Shown here piece by piece: positions 38,314-50,332 of a stretch of 60,237 nucleotides of DNA. Each line of letters begins with the position of its first letter. Within the stretch, counting starts at the first letter, position 1. The DNA comes from Folioceros fuciformis (taxonomy: Eukaryota). The stretch covers positions 86,110 through 146,346 of the forward strand of contig JBNGIO010006336.1 of the NCBI GenBank assembly GCA_049999805.1, written 5' to 3'. The position numbers and the translations under genes are program-made. Below the pieces are notes generated by a model. The model had not been told where the DNA came from, ran no database searches, and worked only from the letters and a program-made list of their open reading frames with translations.

Positions 38314-38370
38314 GAGTATTCTCCAGCTTCGTCGAAGACCCACAGGCCTACCACCCACGCCTCTGGCGGG

Positions 38371-40086
38371 ATGGCAGCATCCTTCGATATCCCCACCCTA
38401 GCTCTTGGACTAAAGTCGTCAATGAGCTGGTGCCTGATCACTCTGTCTTGGAGGAGCTTCGATGACGCAGCCCGTGCAGCTTGTTTCGAGATTTACAGCT
38501 CCGCTAGAGCCTCGTCTGTCAAGGTTTGGTTCTCCACTTACATTAGTGTTCTTCCTTGCGGTGCTACGTTCGTCTGCTTCACAGGGATGACATGCTACAG
38601 CTGGGGGTGTTCATAGGTCCTCGTACCCAATTCTGGGAACAGTTCCAAGTGTGAGGTGCAGAAGGAGGTGCTTCCCAACATGGGATGTGCGAATGTCTGC
38701 AGATGGAATTGTGGCTAACCCACTTGACTGCATACGAAAAGCAGGAGTGGTGGCCTGCCTCCGCACTGACTGGTGAGCTCCCTACCATCCTCTGCAACCA
38801 CATGCGTCCAGTTCAAAATTTTCTCATGCTCGTCACGATGTATGTATGGAACAGTGGTGAGCGGGCTTTGGAATGCGCGAGGGCTGCTCTGGACGGCAAC
38901 ATCACAGTGGTAGGCAATGGCATCACTTACATGGAACCCCGCACCGACAATCAAACTTCTCTCAGTTCTTGTGTTATTCCCATATCTTGAGCTGGCCCAA
39001 TTGTAGAACCGGATGATTTTCATTTCCCTCAACAAGTGGACATGTTGCAGCTTGAGGTGACGATGACGACCCCATTGGCAGACGAGGTACCGGCGAGATT
39101 GTCTGACGTGCGTGCCGTAGTCATGCTGGATTGACATTCTCAGTAGCTCGGAAGTGACATGCTGCACAGGTTATCGAGATCTTGGTGAAAGAGTATCCAT
39201 CAGCTCTGATTGGGGTATGTGCAGTGCCTGCTTCTTTTAGCATCTATACCGTTGCCTTAGTTCATGTGACGCTACGTCCTCTGACAAGTGTTGCTGCCTT
39301 TCAGGCTGGGACAGTTTTGTCATGGCAAGACGCTGAGAAAGCTTTGGCAGCAGGAGCCAAGTTCTTGTTCAGTCCAGTGGCTTTGGAGGTACTTTCACAA
39401 GCCTAGAAGCACCGTAGCTTGACATCATGTCATCAAACTGTGCCTCCGACCTGTGCAGGAAGTTATCACGAGGAGCAGGGAGAAATCGGTGCTCTTCATA
39501 CCGGGGGGCATGACACCGACCGAGGTAAGAGAGTAATGTGCAGCACATGGGATTCCTCTTCTCCATTGTCATCTTCTCAGTATATTGAGTTGGGTCAGCA
39601 GGTGGTGACTGCCTTCAATTGGGGAGCGAAAGCGGTGAAGGTATGTCTGGAACCTCGATCATCTCGTGTAGCTCACCGAAATGAGCATCTCTTAGCGAAC
39701 AGACACGGTGACTGTGCCATCGACCGTTTGACATGCAGCTGTATCCAGCGGCAATTGGAAGTGGCGTCCAGTTGGTGAAAGCTGTGAGGAGTGCGTTGCC
39801 ACATATTCCTTTGATAGTGTCGTCGGGGATCACTCTAGGTGCGTCACTCCACACTTCGTGAGTCATGGCATCGTATTGCATTCAGCGAGGGCAGGCCACC
39901 AAGTCGGCTTATGTTACAGATATGCTGGAGTCATATCTCAAGGCAGGAGCCATAGCAGCTATATTGTCAGATGCCATCTTCGACAAGAGCGCTGTGGTGA
40001 CAAGAGACTACAAATTGATCTCGCAGCGGGCACGAACTGTGGCAAAGAAGGCCTCTTTCTTGGTTCACAGTCAGCATGGTCTCTGA
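38371..40086 (+). CDS. KDPG/KHG aldolase (Eda-like, class I), about 10 short exons. Start uncertain (38371 or 38462); core reliable from 38703
   Basis: Spliced peptide GVVACLRT..GERALECARAALDGNITV|LEVTMTTP..|..YPSALIG|AGTVL...AGAKFLFSP|..IPGGMTPTE|V.TAFNWGAKAVK|LYPA..LPHIPLIVSSGITL|DMLESYLKAGA. The Schiff-base Lys is in AVKLYPA. Confidence 0.85.
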
Positions 40087-40194
40087 CACACTGATGTTCC
40101 ACCACACTGTTGTTCCCTGCCTTGCTCATCATCTGACTTAATAAAGTCATGCATTCGTTCCACAGTTCCCAATTCCCCCTCTCGAATTCCACCT

Positions 40195-40669
40195 CTAGTA
40201 AGCTGGGATCCGAGAGTAGCTGTAGCCTCTGCATCCGCGCCACGAGTAGTATGCAATCCTGGTCTCATAGAACCCTGCAATCCAGGAGCAGCACAGCACC
40301 AGGCAGGAAGATGAGGCTCATTTCAAGGATTTCGCAACGCATGCAAGAAACAGGGCTGGACCCGTCCCTCTCCCTCCCCCTACCTGGTAAGAAAAGCAGG
40401 ATTCCTAAGGTCAGGAAGCCATAGGCTTGAGACCTGTCACCGCCCATGTGGCTCGTGAAGATGAGGTGGGAGATGGTGAGGAAAAGCGTCCCGAACGTGA
40501 GCAGAAACACCGCCAACGCTATAGCTTTCCAGGGTACCGGATCCTTCGGCTGGTACTTGAACCGCAGATCTTCAACACGTTGCGGCCGTGGTCGCGGCTT
40601 CGCGTGCAGCATGGGCTCGTCATCCTCCTTACCCAGAGCAGAGTATCGCACGCCGGCTCGATCAGCCAT
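40195..40669 (-). CDS. TMEM230: Transmembrane protein 230 (DUF872) homolog, 2 exons
   Basis: VPWKAIALAVFLL.FG...LGILLFLPG|FYETRIAYYSWRG.RGYSYSRIPAY*. Confidence 0.9.
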
Positions 40670-40750
40670 CGCCTGCAGAAGCTAAGCCTCCCGGGACGTC
40701 GCAGCTGGGTTACGAGATGCACCTGTTTCGGTTGACCAGGCGGTTGTGAA

Positions 40751-43700
40751 ATGAAGCAAGGAGCTTTGGTGAGTCTGATTAGAAGACGCAGTTTTGGCAG
40801 AAATTTTTCCTGGCTGCAGGAACGACGCAGATCAGGAGTCAGCGTCTGTGGTAAGTGGCCGTCTGCTTAGGGTTTCCATCTGTATCGAGCTGGGCATCCC
40901 TGTGCTCCAGTTGATTCCTTGAGGTGTTGCCCATTATGCAGTGGAATCAAGTGGAGAAGAGACTGTCTGGGGCAACTTTTTGGCAGACACATCACCCTTG
41001 AGGAACAGCAGATCGAACACGGTAACTCTGCCTGGAACCTGGCCCGGAGAAGGTCAGGAAGATCAGCTGAGTGAGGTTGTTGAAGCCTTGGATCAGCTGA
41101 TAGCTCAAGAATTCTATGTCCCAAACCGACTCCTCTACCGTGTTTTGGAAGGGTGCATTGCCAGGAATGACTTGGGTGGGGGAAGGAGGGTTCATGCTCT
41201 CACGTTGGAGACTGGACTGCATGGCCCAAGTACGTTCTTGGCCAACCATATCATCCGCATGTATGCTTCTCATGGTTTGTTGGAGGAAGCTGCACAGGTG
41301 TTTGCCTCACTGGCTACACCGAACACCTTCTCCTGGTATTATATTGTTTCGGCACACGCTCAACATGGACAGCCGAAGGAGGCCATACGCCTGTATCAGC
41401 AGATGCGGGGGTCATTGGTTAAGGCAGACAGCAGAGTGTTCGTGGCGGTTCTCAAGGCTTGTGGAAGCGCAGCGGACCTGGAATGTGGGAGGCAGGTGCA
41501 TGCCGATATCCTGGATAGTCTGCTTGAGCCTGACATGTTTCTTGGCTGCAGCCTAGTCGACATGTACGCAAAGTGCCAGAGCTTAGGGGATGCACGAAGC
41601 GTCTTTGACCAGTTGGGGTCAAGGGATGTAGTAACATGGACTGCCATGATCTCAGGATATGCTCATCATGGGTGTGGTCAAGAAGCGCTTTCCCTTTACA
41701 GAGATATGCAGCTGGAGGGTGTCTCTCCAGCTGATCGCGTCACGTTCATGTGTCTCTTGAAAGCGTGCTCCACCGTCGGAGCATTACATATGGGCAAGGA
41801 TCTTCACGTACAAATTCAGGAGAAAGGCTTGGAGAGTGATGTGGTTGTTGGCAACTGCTTGGTGGACATGTATGCCAAATGTGGCAGGTTAGAGGATGCG
41901 CGCAGTGTGTTTGACAAATTGGCCGCGAAGGATGCAGTGACATGGACTGCCATGATTAGTGGGTATCTTCAGCATGGGCTTGGTCAAGAAGCCCTTGCTC
42001 TGTATTCCTGCATGCCGACAGGGGACAAGAGTTTATTCGATCCTCACACCTTTGTGTGCCTTTTAAAAGCGTGCTCCAGGGTACGGGCGCTAGAAGAAGG
42101 TAAACAGCTTCATATCCAGATTCGGAGCAGAGGGCTGGATGCAGATGTTGTTGTTGGCTGCAGCCTGGTGGAGATGTATGGAAAATGTGGCAGCTTAGAG
42201 GATGCCAACAGAGTGTTCGATGCCTTGCTGCACAAAGATGTGGTGACGTGGAACACAATGATCGCGGCATTTGCTGAGCAGGGGCTTGGCCAAGAAGCCT
42301 TGACGATGTATGCGCGGATGAGAGAGGAGAGCAGCGCTGTAGCCAATGATGTGACATTCCTGTGTCTCTTGAAAGCCTGTGCCACCAGTGGGATCCTGCA
42401 CCAGGGGAAGCATCTTCACTTCCACATCAAAAACAGTGGACTGGAGGCTGATGTGGTTGTGGGGAGCAGTTTAGTGGATATGTATGTAAAATGCGGGAGT
42501 GTAGAGGATGCTCGGAAAGTGTTTGACAGCTTGCCTACAAAAAATGTGGTGACATGGACTGCCATGATTTCAGGGTACGTGGATAATGGGCTTTGCCAGG
42601 AAGCCCTCTCTCTTTACGAAAGAATGGAGGAGCAAGGCGTCTTTCCCGCTGATCATGTAACATTTGTGTGCCTCGTGAAGGCATGTGCCAGTGTTGGAGC
42701 GTTACATCAAGGGAAGCAACTATATTCTCAGATTCAGGAAAGGGGGTTGGAAACTAATGTGGTCGTAGCCCAGAGCGTGGTGGATATGTTTGCAAGATGC
42801 AGCGGTCTAGAGGATGCACGCAGAGTGTTTGACAGTTTGCCTGTCAGAGAAGTGGAGACATGGACTGCGATGATTGCTGGGTATGCCCAGCATGGGATGG
42901 GTCAGGAAGCTCTTTCACTTCATGCTAGGATGAAACGGGAGTGCCTAGATACAGCCAGTCATGCAACATATGTGTGCCTCCTGAAAGCCTGTGCCAGTAT
43001 TGGATCCTTAGACAAGGGCAAGGAGCTGCACTGTGAGATTCGGGAAAGAGGACTTGATGCTGATGTGACTGTGAGCAATTCTCTGGTAGACATGTATGGC
43101 AAATGTGGGAGCGTGGAAGATGCTCGCCGGGTTTTCGATCAGTTGTCATCCAAAGATACGGTGACATGGAATGCCATGATTGCAGGATATGCCCAACATG
43201 GGCTTGGTCAGGAAGCTCTCAGTCTCTATGAATGCATGCAAGCGGAGGGCTTCACTCCTGCGAATGAAGTGACATACATTTCCCTCCTGAAAGCTTGTGC
43301 AAGCGTCGGAGCGTTCCATCAAGGAAAGGGTCTTCATTTGCTCATCCAGAACAGAGGCTTGGACACGGATGTTGTTCTTGGCAGTGTCCTTGTTGACATG
43401 TACGCCAAATGCAGCAGCTTAGAGGAGGCTCGGAGAGTCTTCGACGAGTTACCCACGAGGAACGTGGTGACATGGAATTCTCTGCTGAATGCATGCGGAC
43501 AGCACAACGACGGCCGAAGGGCAGTTCAGTGTTTCCAGGAGATGCAGCGGCACGGAATCGAGCCTGACAGCTCCACTTTTCTCTGTCTGCTGGTGGCCTG
43601 CAGCCACTCTGGACTGGTCCATGAAGCTAAGACGTATTTCAAGATGATGGTGGATGATCATGGAATCACTCCCAGTGTTCACCATTTCAACTGCATGGTC

Positions 43701-44378
43701 GATGTTCTTGGGCGGTCAGGACAACTGGACGAGGCTGAGCAACTGCTGCGAAGCACGCCATCCAAGCATGATTTGGTGGGCTGGATATCTTTGCTGACTG
43801 CTTGCCGGAGCCATAGTGACGTCGAACGTGGATGGCGATGCTTCGACCAAATCATGCAGCTAGACCCCAAGAACGCAGCGGCTTACGTCCTGTTATCAAA
43901 CATTTTGGCCAATGCCGGAAGGTGGAGCGAAGTAGAGCGCATAGAGACCCTGAGAAGATCCGCAGGCGCGAGCAAGAAGCCCGCAAAGGCTTGGATCGAG
44001 GTGAACGACAAGGTCCACAATTTCACTGTGGGAGAAGACAGGGGAGACGTCTCCTCCAAGCTAAGGAGCGTGAATCTCCGTCTGGAGACGGAAGGCGGCC
44101 ATGTGCCCCACACGGAGTTGGTGCTCAAACCATTGTCGGAGAAAGAGAAGGAAGACGCCCTGTGTGGGCATGCCGAGAAGCTAGCACTGGCCTTCGGTCT
44201 GCTCAACACCCCAGACGGCACAACGTTGCTGGTGACCAAGAATCTCCGTATGTGCGATGATTGCCATAGCGGCACAAAAATCATGTCCAAGCTGGAGAAG
44301 CGAGCGATCATAGTTAGAGATGCTCACCGTGTTCATCACTTCGTGAATGGGCTTTGCTCGTGTGGGGATCATCTGTAA
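40751..44378 (+). CDS. PLS PPR (8 S motifs) + E1/E2 + DYW:KP ending GDHL. Exons 40751-40850 and 40942-44378
   Basis: Exon 1 MKQGALVSLIRRRSFGRNFSW... is targeting-peptide-like and joins by a phase-1 GTAAGT..CAG intron. KKPAKAWIE, HAEKLA and CDDCH are present. Confidence 0.93.
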
Positions 44379-44454
44379 GCAGGTGCCAAGCTCGGCGGCA
44401 AGCACATGAACGAGAACGATCGCTTGACGGTCGGCCAAGTTGGTTGTGTAGCCG

Positions 44455-47400
44455 ATGAAGAAGGGTCATCCTGTAGTGTCAAGCCTGCTACAAGGCAGAG
44501 TCCGTGCTCTGAGCAGCACCGCCTTGGAGGGTGGCTGTCGACAAGCTTCCACTCTGCAGGCGGCAGCTGATCAGCGTCCATCTCTTGGTGAGGCCAGTTC
44601 GTCTTTGCTGCCTGTTGGTCCAATTGTGAGTCTGAGCCATATTGCTGGGGGATTTGCATGTGAGATCCGTTTAGCTGGCTTGCAGCGGAGGCGAGAGGAT
44701 GGAGCGCCGATAAGTTGCAGTGGTCGGGAAGCTGGACATGCCCCGACTTCATGCACGGAGCAAGGGAGGCTTTATGCGTGGAATCTTCGGGTCTGAGTGA
44801 ACGGCCGCCAGGGAGGTTGTACCAACCTGGAGTCAAGTTCTGGAGGTCCAGCCACTTTACTGCTTTGGGTTTTTTGATGCATCTGTGACAGTCTTCAGCT
44901 CTGGGGTCTGATGGTCTGGTAAATTTGACCTTGCAGGTTTAGAATTGCCGAAGACGGTTTGGGGAATGGAAGCTCCAGAGAGCTCAGTCAGGCTGTTAAG
45001 GAGTTGGACCTCCTTGTGCGCCATCGATCTGATGTTTCTGACTCAGTTTTCTACCGTGTCCTCAAGGGATGCATTTTGGAGAAGGATGTGGTGGCTGGCA
45101 GGCGTGTTCATTTTCTGGCCCTTAAAGCTGGGCATCAGAAGAATGCATTCTTGGCCAGCCACATAATTCGGATGTATGCTTCTCGCGGGAGGTTGGAGGA
45201 AGCGATGGAGGTGTTTACCGCGTTTGCTGAGCCCGACAAGTTTATGTGGGCTTCCATCATTCTGGCACATGCTGAACATGGTCAGCCCATGCAGGCGATA
45301 GAGCTTTATCGATGCCTGAATCAATCGACGTTGAAGGCCAATGATCCCGTTTACGTTGCAGTCCTGAAAGCGTGTGGCAGTGCAACTGATTTAGCTGCAG
45401 CCAAGCAGGTGCATGCCCATGTTTTGTGCAGTGGTGGTCAGCCGAGAATGTTTGTTGGGAGCTGCCTGGTGGACACGTATGTGAAATGTGGAAGCTTGGA
45501 GGATGCCCGCAGGGTGTTTGATAGCTTGCCTGCAAAGGACGTAGTGACATGGACAGCCATGATTGCAGGATACGCACAGCATGGCCTCGGACACGAAGCC
45601 CTGATGTTGTATGCAAGTATGCAACAGCAGGGCATGACCCTAGCCAATCAAGTTACTTTTGTTTGCCTCCTCAAAGCGTGTGCTTCTGTCGGAGCCTTGC
45701 ATCACGGTAGGCAGCTGCATCTCCAGCTTCAGGAAAGAGGCTTGGCCTCTGGTTTGGCGGTTGGCAGCAGCCTTGTGGACATGTATGCAAAATGTGACAG
45801 CCTGGAGGCAGCTCGCAGTGTCTTTGATGGTTTACACCTTAGAGACGTGGTGATATGGAATTCCATGCTTTCAGGATATGCTCAGCAAGGGCACGGTCAA
45901 GCAGCGCTGCAACTCTATGCAAGCATGCAGCAGGAGGGCGTTATCTCGCCCAATGAGGTCACATTTGTATGCCTTCTTAGAGCCTGTGCTGGCATTGGAG
46001 CTTTGCACGAGGGTGAGAAGTTGCACCTTGAGATTCGGGAGAGGGGATTGGAAACGGATTTGGTGGTTGGCAGCAGTCTGGTGGACATGTACATGAAATG
46101 TGGGAGCGTGGACAAAGCGCAACAATTGTTTGACCGAATGCCTGCACGAGATGTAGTGACGTGGACTGCAATGATCATAGGATATGCTCAGCATGGACTG
46201 GGACAAGAAGCTCTGGCTCTTTATACGAGCATGCTAAACCAGGGCATCCGCCCTGTGGACCCTGTTACGTTCGCATGCCTACTGAAAGTATGTGCAGGTG
46301 TCGGGGACTCTAGCCTAGGACTGCAGCTCCATGAACAGATTCGAAATGAAGGGCTGGAAGCGGATTTGCTTGTTGGCAGCAGCCTTGTGGACATGTATGT
46401 GAAATGTGGAAGCTTGGCAGATGCCCGGAAGGTCTTCGACAGAATCCCGACAAAAGATGTTGCAACCTGGAATGCAATGCTGGCGGGCTATGCCGAGGCT
46501 GACTTTCACCAGGACGCCCTTAACCTTTACGCCAATATGCAACAGGAGGGGGTCACCTTACCTGATTCTCGGACATTCGTGTACCTCCTTAAAGCATGTG
46601 CCAGCAGTGGTGCTTTAGATGACGGCAAGGAGCTACATTCCGAGTTACAAGAGAAACGAATGGAGGCAGATGCAGTTTTGGGAAGCAGCCTTGTCGACAT
46701 GTATGTAAAATGTGGCAATTTAGACGAAGCTCGGAGAGTGTTTGACCGACTCCCCTCAAGGGACGTGGTGGCATGGACTTCCATGATCGCAGGGTATGCC
46801 CAAAACGGAGATGCTCGGCAAGCCCTTGCTTTGTTTCAGAGTATGGAAGAAGTCTTTCCAGCTGACCAGGCGACCTTTGTGAGCCTTTTGAAGGCATGTG
46901 CTAACGCTGGAACGTTGCACCTTGGGAAGCACCTTCATTCCCATACTCAGAGAAGAGGGCTGGAACCTGATGTGGTTGTTGGCACCTGTGTGGTGGACAT
47001 GTATGCCAGACTTGGCGACTTGGAGGCTGCTCGCAGAGTGTTTGACAGATTACCAACTCGAAATGTAGTGACATGGAATGCCATGCTAGCAGGGTATGCT
47101 CAGCATGGTCTTGGTCAAGACGCCATCGCTCTGTACAGTGAAATGAAACAGCAAGCTGCCATACCGGCTGATAAAATTACGTTTCTGTCTCTTTTGAAGG
47201 CATGTGCTAGTGTGGGCGCGTTACATCAGGGTCAGCAGCTTCACGAAGAAATCCGGGAACGAGGATTGGAAGGTGATGCTATCATCAGCAGCGCCCTTAT
47301 TGACATGTACGCAAAATGTGGGCGCGTAGAGGATGCCCGAAGTGTGTTTGAGCGAGTGCCAACAGGAGATGTCGTAACCTGGAATGCTATGATGAACGGG

Positions 47401-48264
47401 TTTGCCCACCATCAGGATGGCAAAATGGCAATTTGCATTTTCAAGGAGATGCAGGAGCAAGGTGTTGAGCCTGACGATGCCACTTTTCTCTGTCTCCTAG
47501 TGGCATGCAGTCATGCAGGGCTCGTGCGCGACGGACAGGAGTACTTCAAAATGATGGTGGAGAACTACGGGATCAAACCAACTGCTTACCACTTCAACTG
47601 TATGGTGGACATATTTGGCCGGTCAGGGCACTTAGAGCAGGCAGAAAACTTGCTACGAAGTACGGACTGCGAGGATGATGCGGTTGGGTGGACCTCTTTG
47701 CTCAGTGCATGTAGAAGCCACGGAGACATCTCGCGCGGGATCCGATGTTTTGACCGCTTAGTCCAATTGGAACCTCAAAATGCAGCTGCTTACGCCCTTA
47801 CGTCCTCCATGTATGCCAGTGTCGGCCAGTGGAAGGACGCAGAAAGGATAGAGAACCTGCGACAGATAGCAGGTGCTTGCAAGAAACCTGCAAGGGCCTG
47901 GATAGAGATAGACAGCAAGGTGCACGACTTCCTTGTAGGGGACGAGAGAGATGACATCACGTCCAAGCTAAGGAGTGCAAATTTGCTAATCGCAGAACAC
48001 GGGGCTGATGGGCACCATACCGAGCCAGTCATGAAGCCTGATGCTCTGTGTGGACATGCTGAGAAACTGGCACTTGCCTATGGTCTGTTGAGCACTCCGG
48101 ATGGCACACCTTTGGTAGTCACGAAAAACCTTCGGATGTGCAACGACTGCCACAGCGGAACCAAGATTCTGTCGAGGGTGGAAAGGCGAGAGATCATAGT
48201 TAGAGATGCACATCGTGTTCATCACTTCGTGGACGGGTGTTGTTCCTGCGGGGATCGGCACTGA
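44455..48264 (+). CDS. PLS PPR (8 S motifs) + E1/E2 + DYW:KP ending GDRH. Inferred exons 44455-44587, 44686-44845, 44937-48264
   Basis: KKPARAWIE, HAEKLA, CNDCH, CSCGDRH*. Upstream exons MKKGHPVVSSLLQGRVRALSS... splice in phase (phase 1, then phase 2); the second donor, GTCCAG, is weak. Confidence 0.9.
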
Positions 48265-48607
48265 TTGTTTTCAGAGATTTGTGTCTGTGCACCGCACAAC
48301 TCAATCATCGGATTGGCTAGGGCTGGCCGGTGCTGCAATTGTGGCAAGCAACACCTCTTCCCACGCTTCATGATCCGGAGTTTCCAGAATTCGAAACTTT
48401 TGCATTCCTGCAAAGGGATTCTCAAACCTCATGTATCACACCTTAGCTCCACTCCACAAGAAAGGAGTTGGAGACGACTTGGAGAAACTCCTGAATTGAA
48501 AGGGGCCTTAACGTGAAATTGTATCGTCTTGTGGATGAAAGCAAATTCGGTCACACATTGTGTGAGGCAAGGAGAACTGGATTGAGCACAAGGACGAGGA
48601 GAAGGAG

Positions 48608-48707
48608 NNNNNNNNNNNNNNNNNNNNNNNNNNNNNNNNNNNNNNNNNNNNNNNNNNNNNNNNNNNNNNNNNNNNNNNNNNNNNNNNNNNNNNNNNNNNN
48701 NNNNNNN
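48608..48707. other. Assembly gap (100 N) within an AG-rich tract
   Basis: Run of exactly 100 N flanked by GAGAAG-type repeats. Confidence 1.
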
Positions 48708-48716
48708 AAGGAGAAG

Positions 48717-50332
48717 ATGAGCGCCGGGCCCTTGCCTAGAGAGATTGCAGAAGTTGTCTGCTCTGGTGGTGTTGATGGTGATGTGTCCGCAATGGACTTG
48801 GAAGTGTCGGGCGACCTCCAAACGGATGCAAGAGTTATTACAGCCAAGCTAGTGAGTGCAGAAGAGGAGGACGTTGTGCGGCTAAATCCGACTCCTTCGG
48901 CAGGTCGCAGGTCTATGGGTGGCCATGAAATGGCGGAGGACACAAACCCTGATGCACCGAAGCAGTTCGTGGAGTGGCTCATCTCTCCTATGGCACTGGA
49001 CGTATTTCTGCGCGATTACTTTGAGCGTGAACCGTTTGTGATACACCGTTCTAACAAGAGGGATTTCTTTAAGGGATGGTTTGGCAAGCAGGATGTGGAG
49101 GAGCTAATTGTGAGCGACAAAAACCTCGAGTACGGGCTGCATGTTGACGTGACAAGATATCAGGATGGGGCAAGGGTGAATCTCGATGCCGAAGGTGTTG
49201 TGGATCCGGCTGTGGTTTGGGACCAGTTCTCCAAGGGCTGGTCCGTCAGGGTGCTTCATCCTGAGAGGTGGAATGATTCCATGTTTTTGGTGCTCTCTGC
49301 CTTTGAGAGATTCTGGAATTGCGTGGCTGGTTGCAATGCTTACCTAACGCCTGCTGGAGCTCAGGGTTTTAGCCCGCACTATGATGATATCGATGCCTTC
49401 ATCATCCAGACAGAGGGGAGGAAGAGGTGGAAGTTATACAGGCCTCTGAGTGAGGAGGAGGAGCTTCCCAGGTTTCCCAGCGGGGACTTCAAAGAGGAGG
49501 AACTCGGGCCAGTTTTGCTGGATGATGTGTTAGAGCCAGGAGACTTGTTGTGAGTACAAACGTTGTCTTACAGTTCTTCGACAGTGCTGAGTGGAAAGTT
49601 GTTGCAGTACTGACTCATGTTTCTTTGATCAGGTATATGCCACGAGGAATTATCCACCAAGCTGTAGCAGCCCCAGATACCAGCCATTCATTGCATGTAA
49701 CGGTGTCCGTCAACCAGCTCAACACTTGGGCAGACTATCTCCAAGGACTTTGGCCTGCAGCTTTAGAGTTGGCTTCCACGGACTTCTTAGCTTTGAGGAA
49801 ATCCCTTCCCAGAGACTTCCTGCATGTGATGGGAGTGGCAGAAAGCGATAAGAAGTCTGCCCAAAGAACTTATTACTTGAGGCAGGCGTCTCAGTTCATG
49901 ACGAATGTCGCGAACTCAGCACCCTGGGATGCCTATGCAGATCAGATAGCGCTGAAATTTATGAGGTCTCGATTGCCTTTGCCCCCTTCCTTCCAACAGA
50001 CCAAGACACCGTCAGGGGAGACAAGCCTTCTGACTTGTACATCACAGGTGCGAATGGTAGCACCACTCGTGGCAAGGCTGTCTGTGGAGGACGAACGAGC
50101 GATCTTATGCCATGCATTGAGCAATAGGAGGGAGGTACACAATGAACATGAAGATGGTCAAGAGCTTTCCGTCCTTGATTATCCCATTGAATACACTGAA
50201 GCACTGGAGCAGCTACTTGGGTCGTCTAACTCCCCGATCTCAGTGGCATCCCTATCCCTTGATTCCAAGAAGCAGTCCGTGGACCTGGTAAAGGAGTTAC
50301 ATGAGGTTGGACTTCTCGTGATTGTCGATTAA
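48717..50332 (+). CDS. JmjC/cupin ribosomal oxygenase of the NO66/MINA (RIOX1/2) type; intron 49550-49632; the true start may lie in or before the gap
   Basis: FVEWLISPM..D.F.RDYFER.P, GCNAYLTPAGAQGFSPHYDDIDAFIIQTEGRKRW (HxD), LEPGDLL|YMPRGIIHQA (distal His), HSLHVTVS...NTWAD, LRKSLPRDF. Confidence 0.88.

Noticed and set aside
40295-40320. LIFLPG echo of the exon-terminal LLFLPG inside the TMEM230 intron
   Set aside because: Nucleotide identity is low and the match is short; it cannot be distinguished from coincidence.
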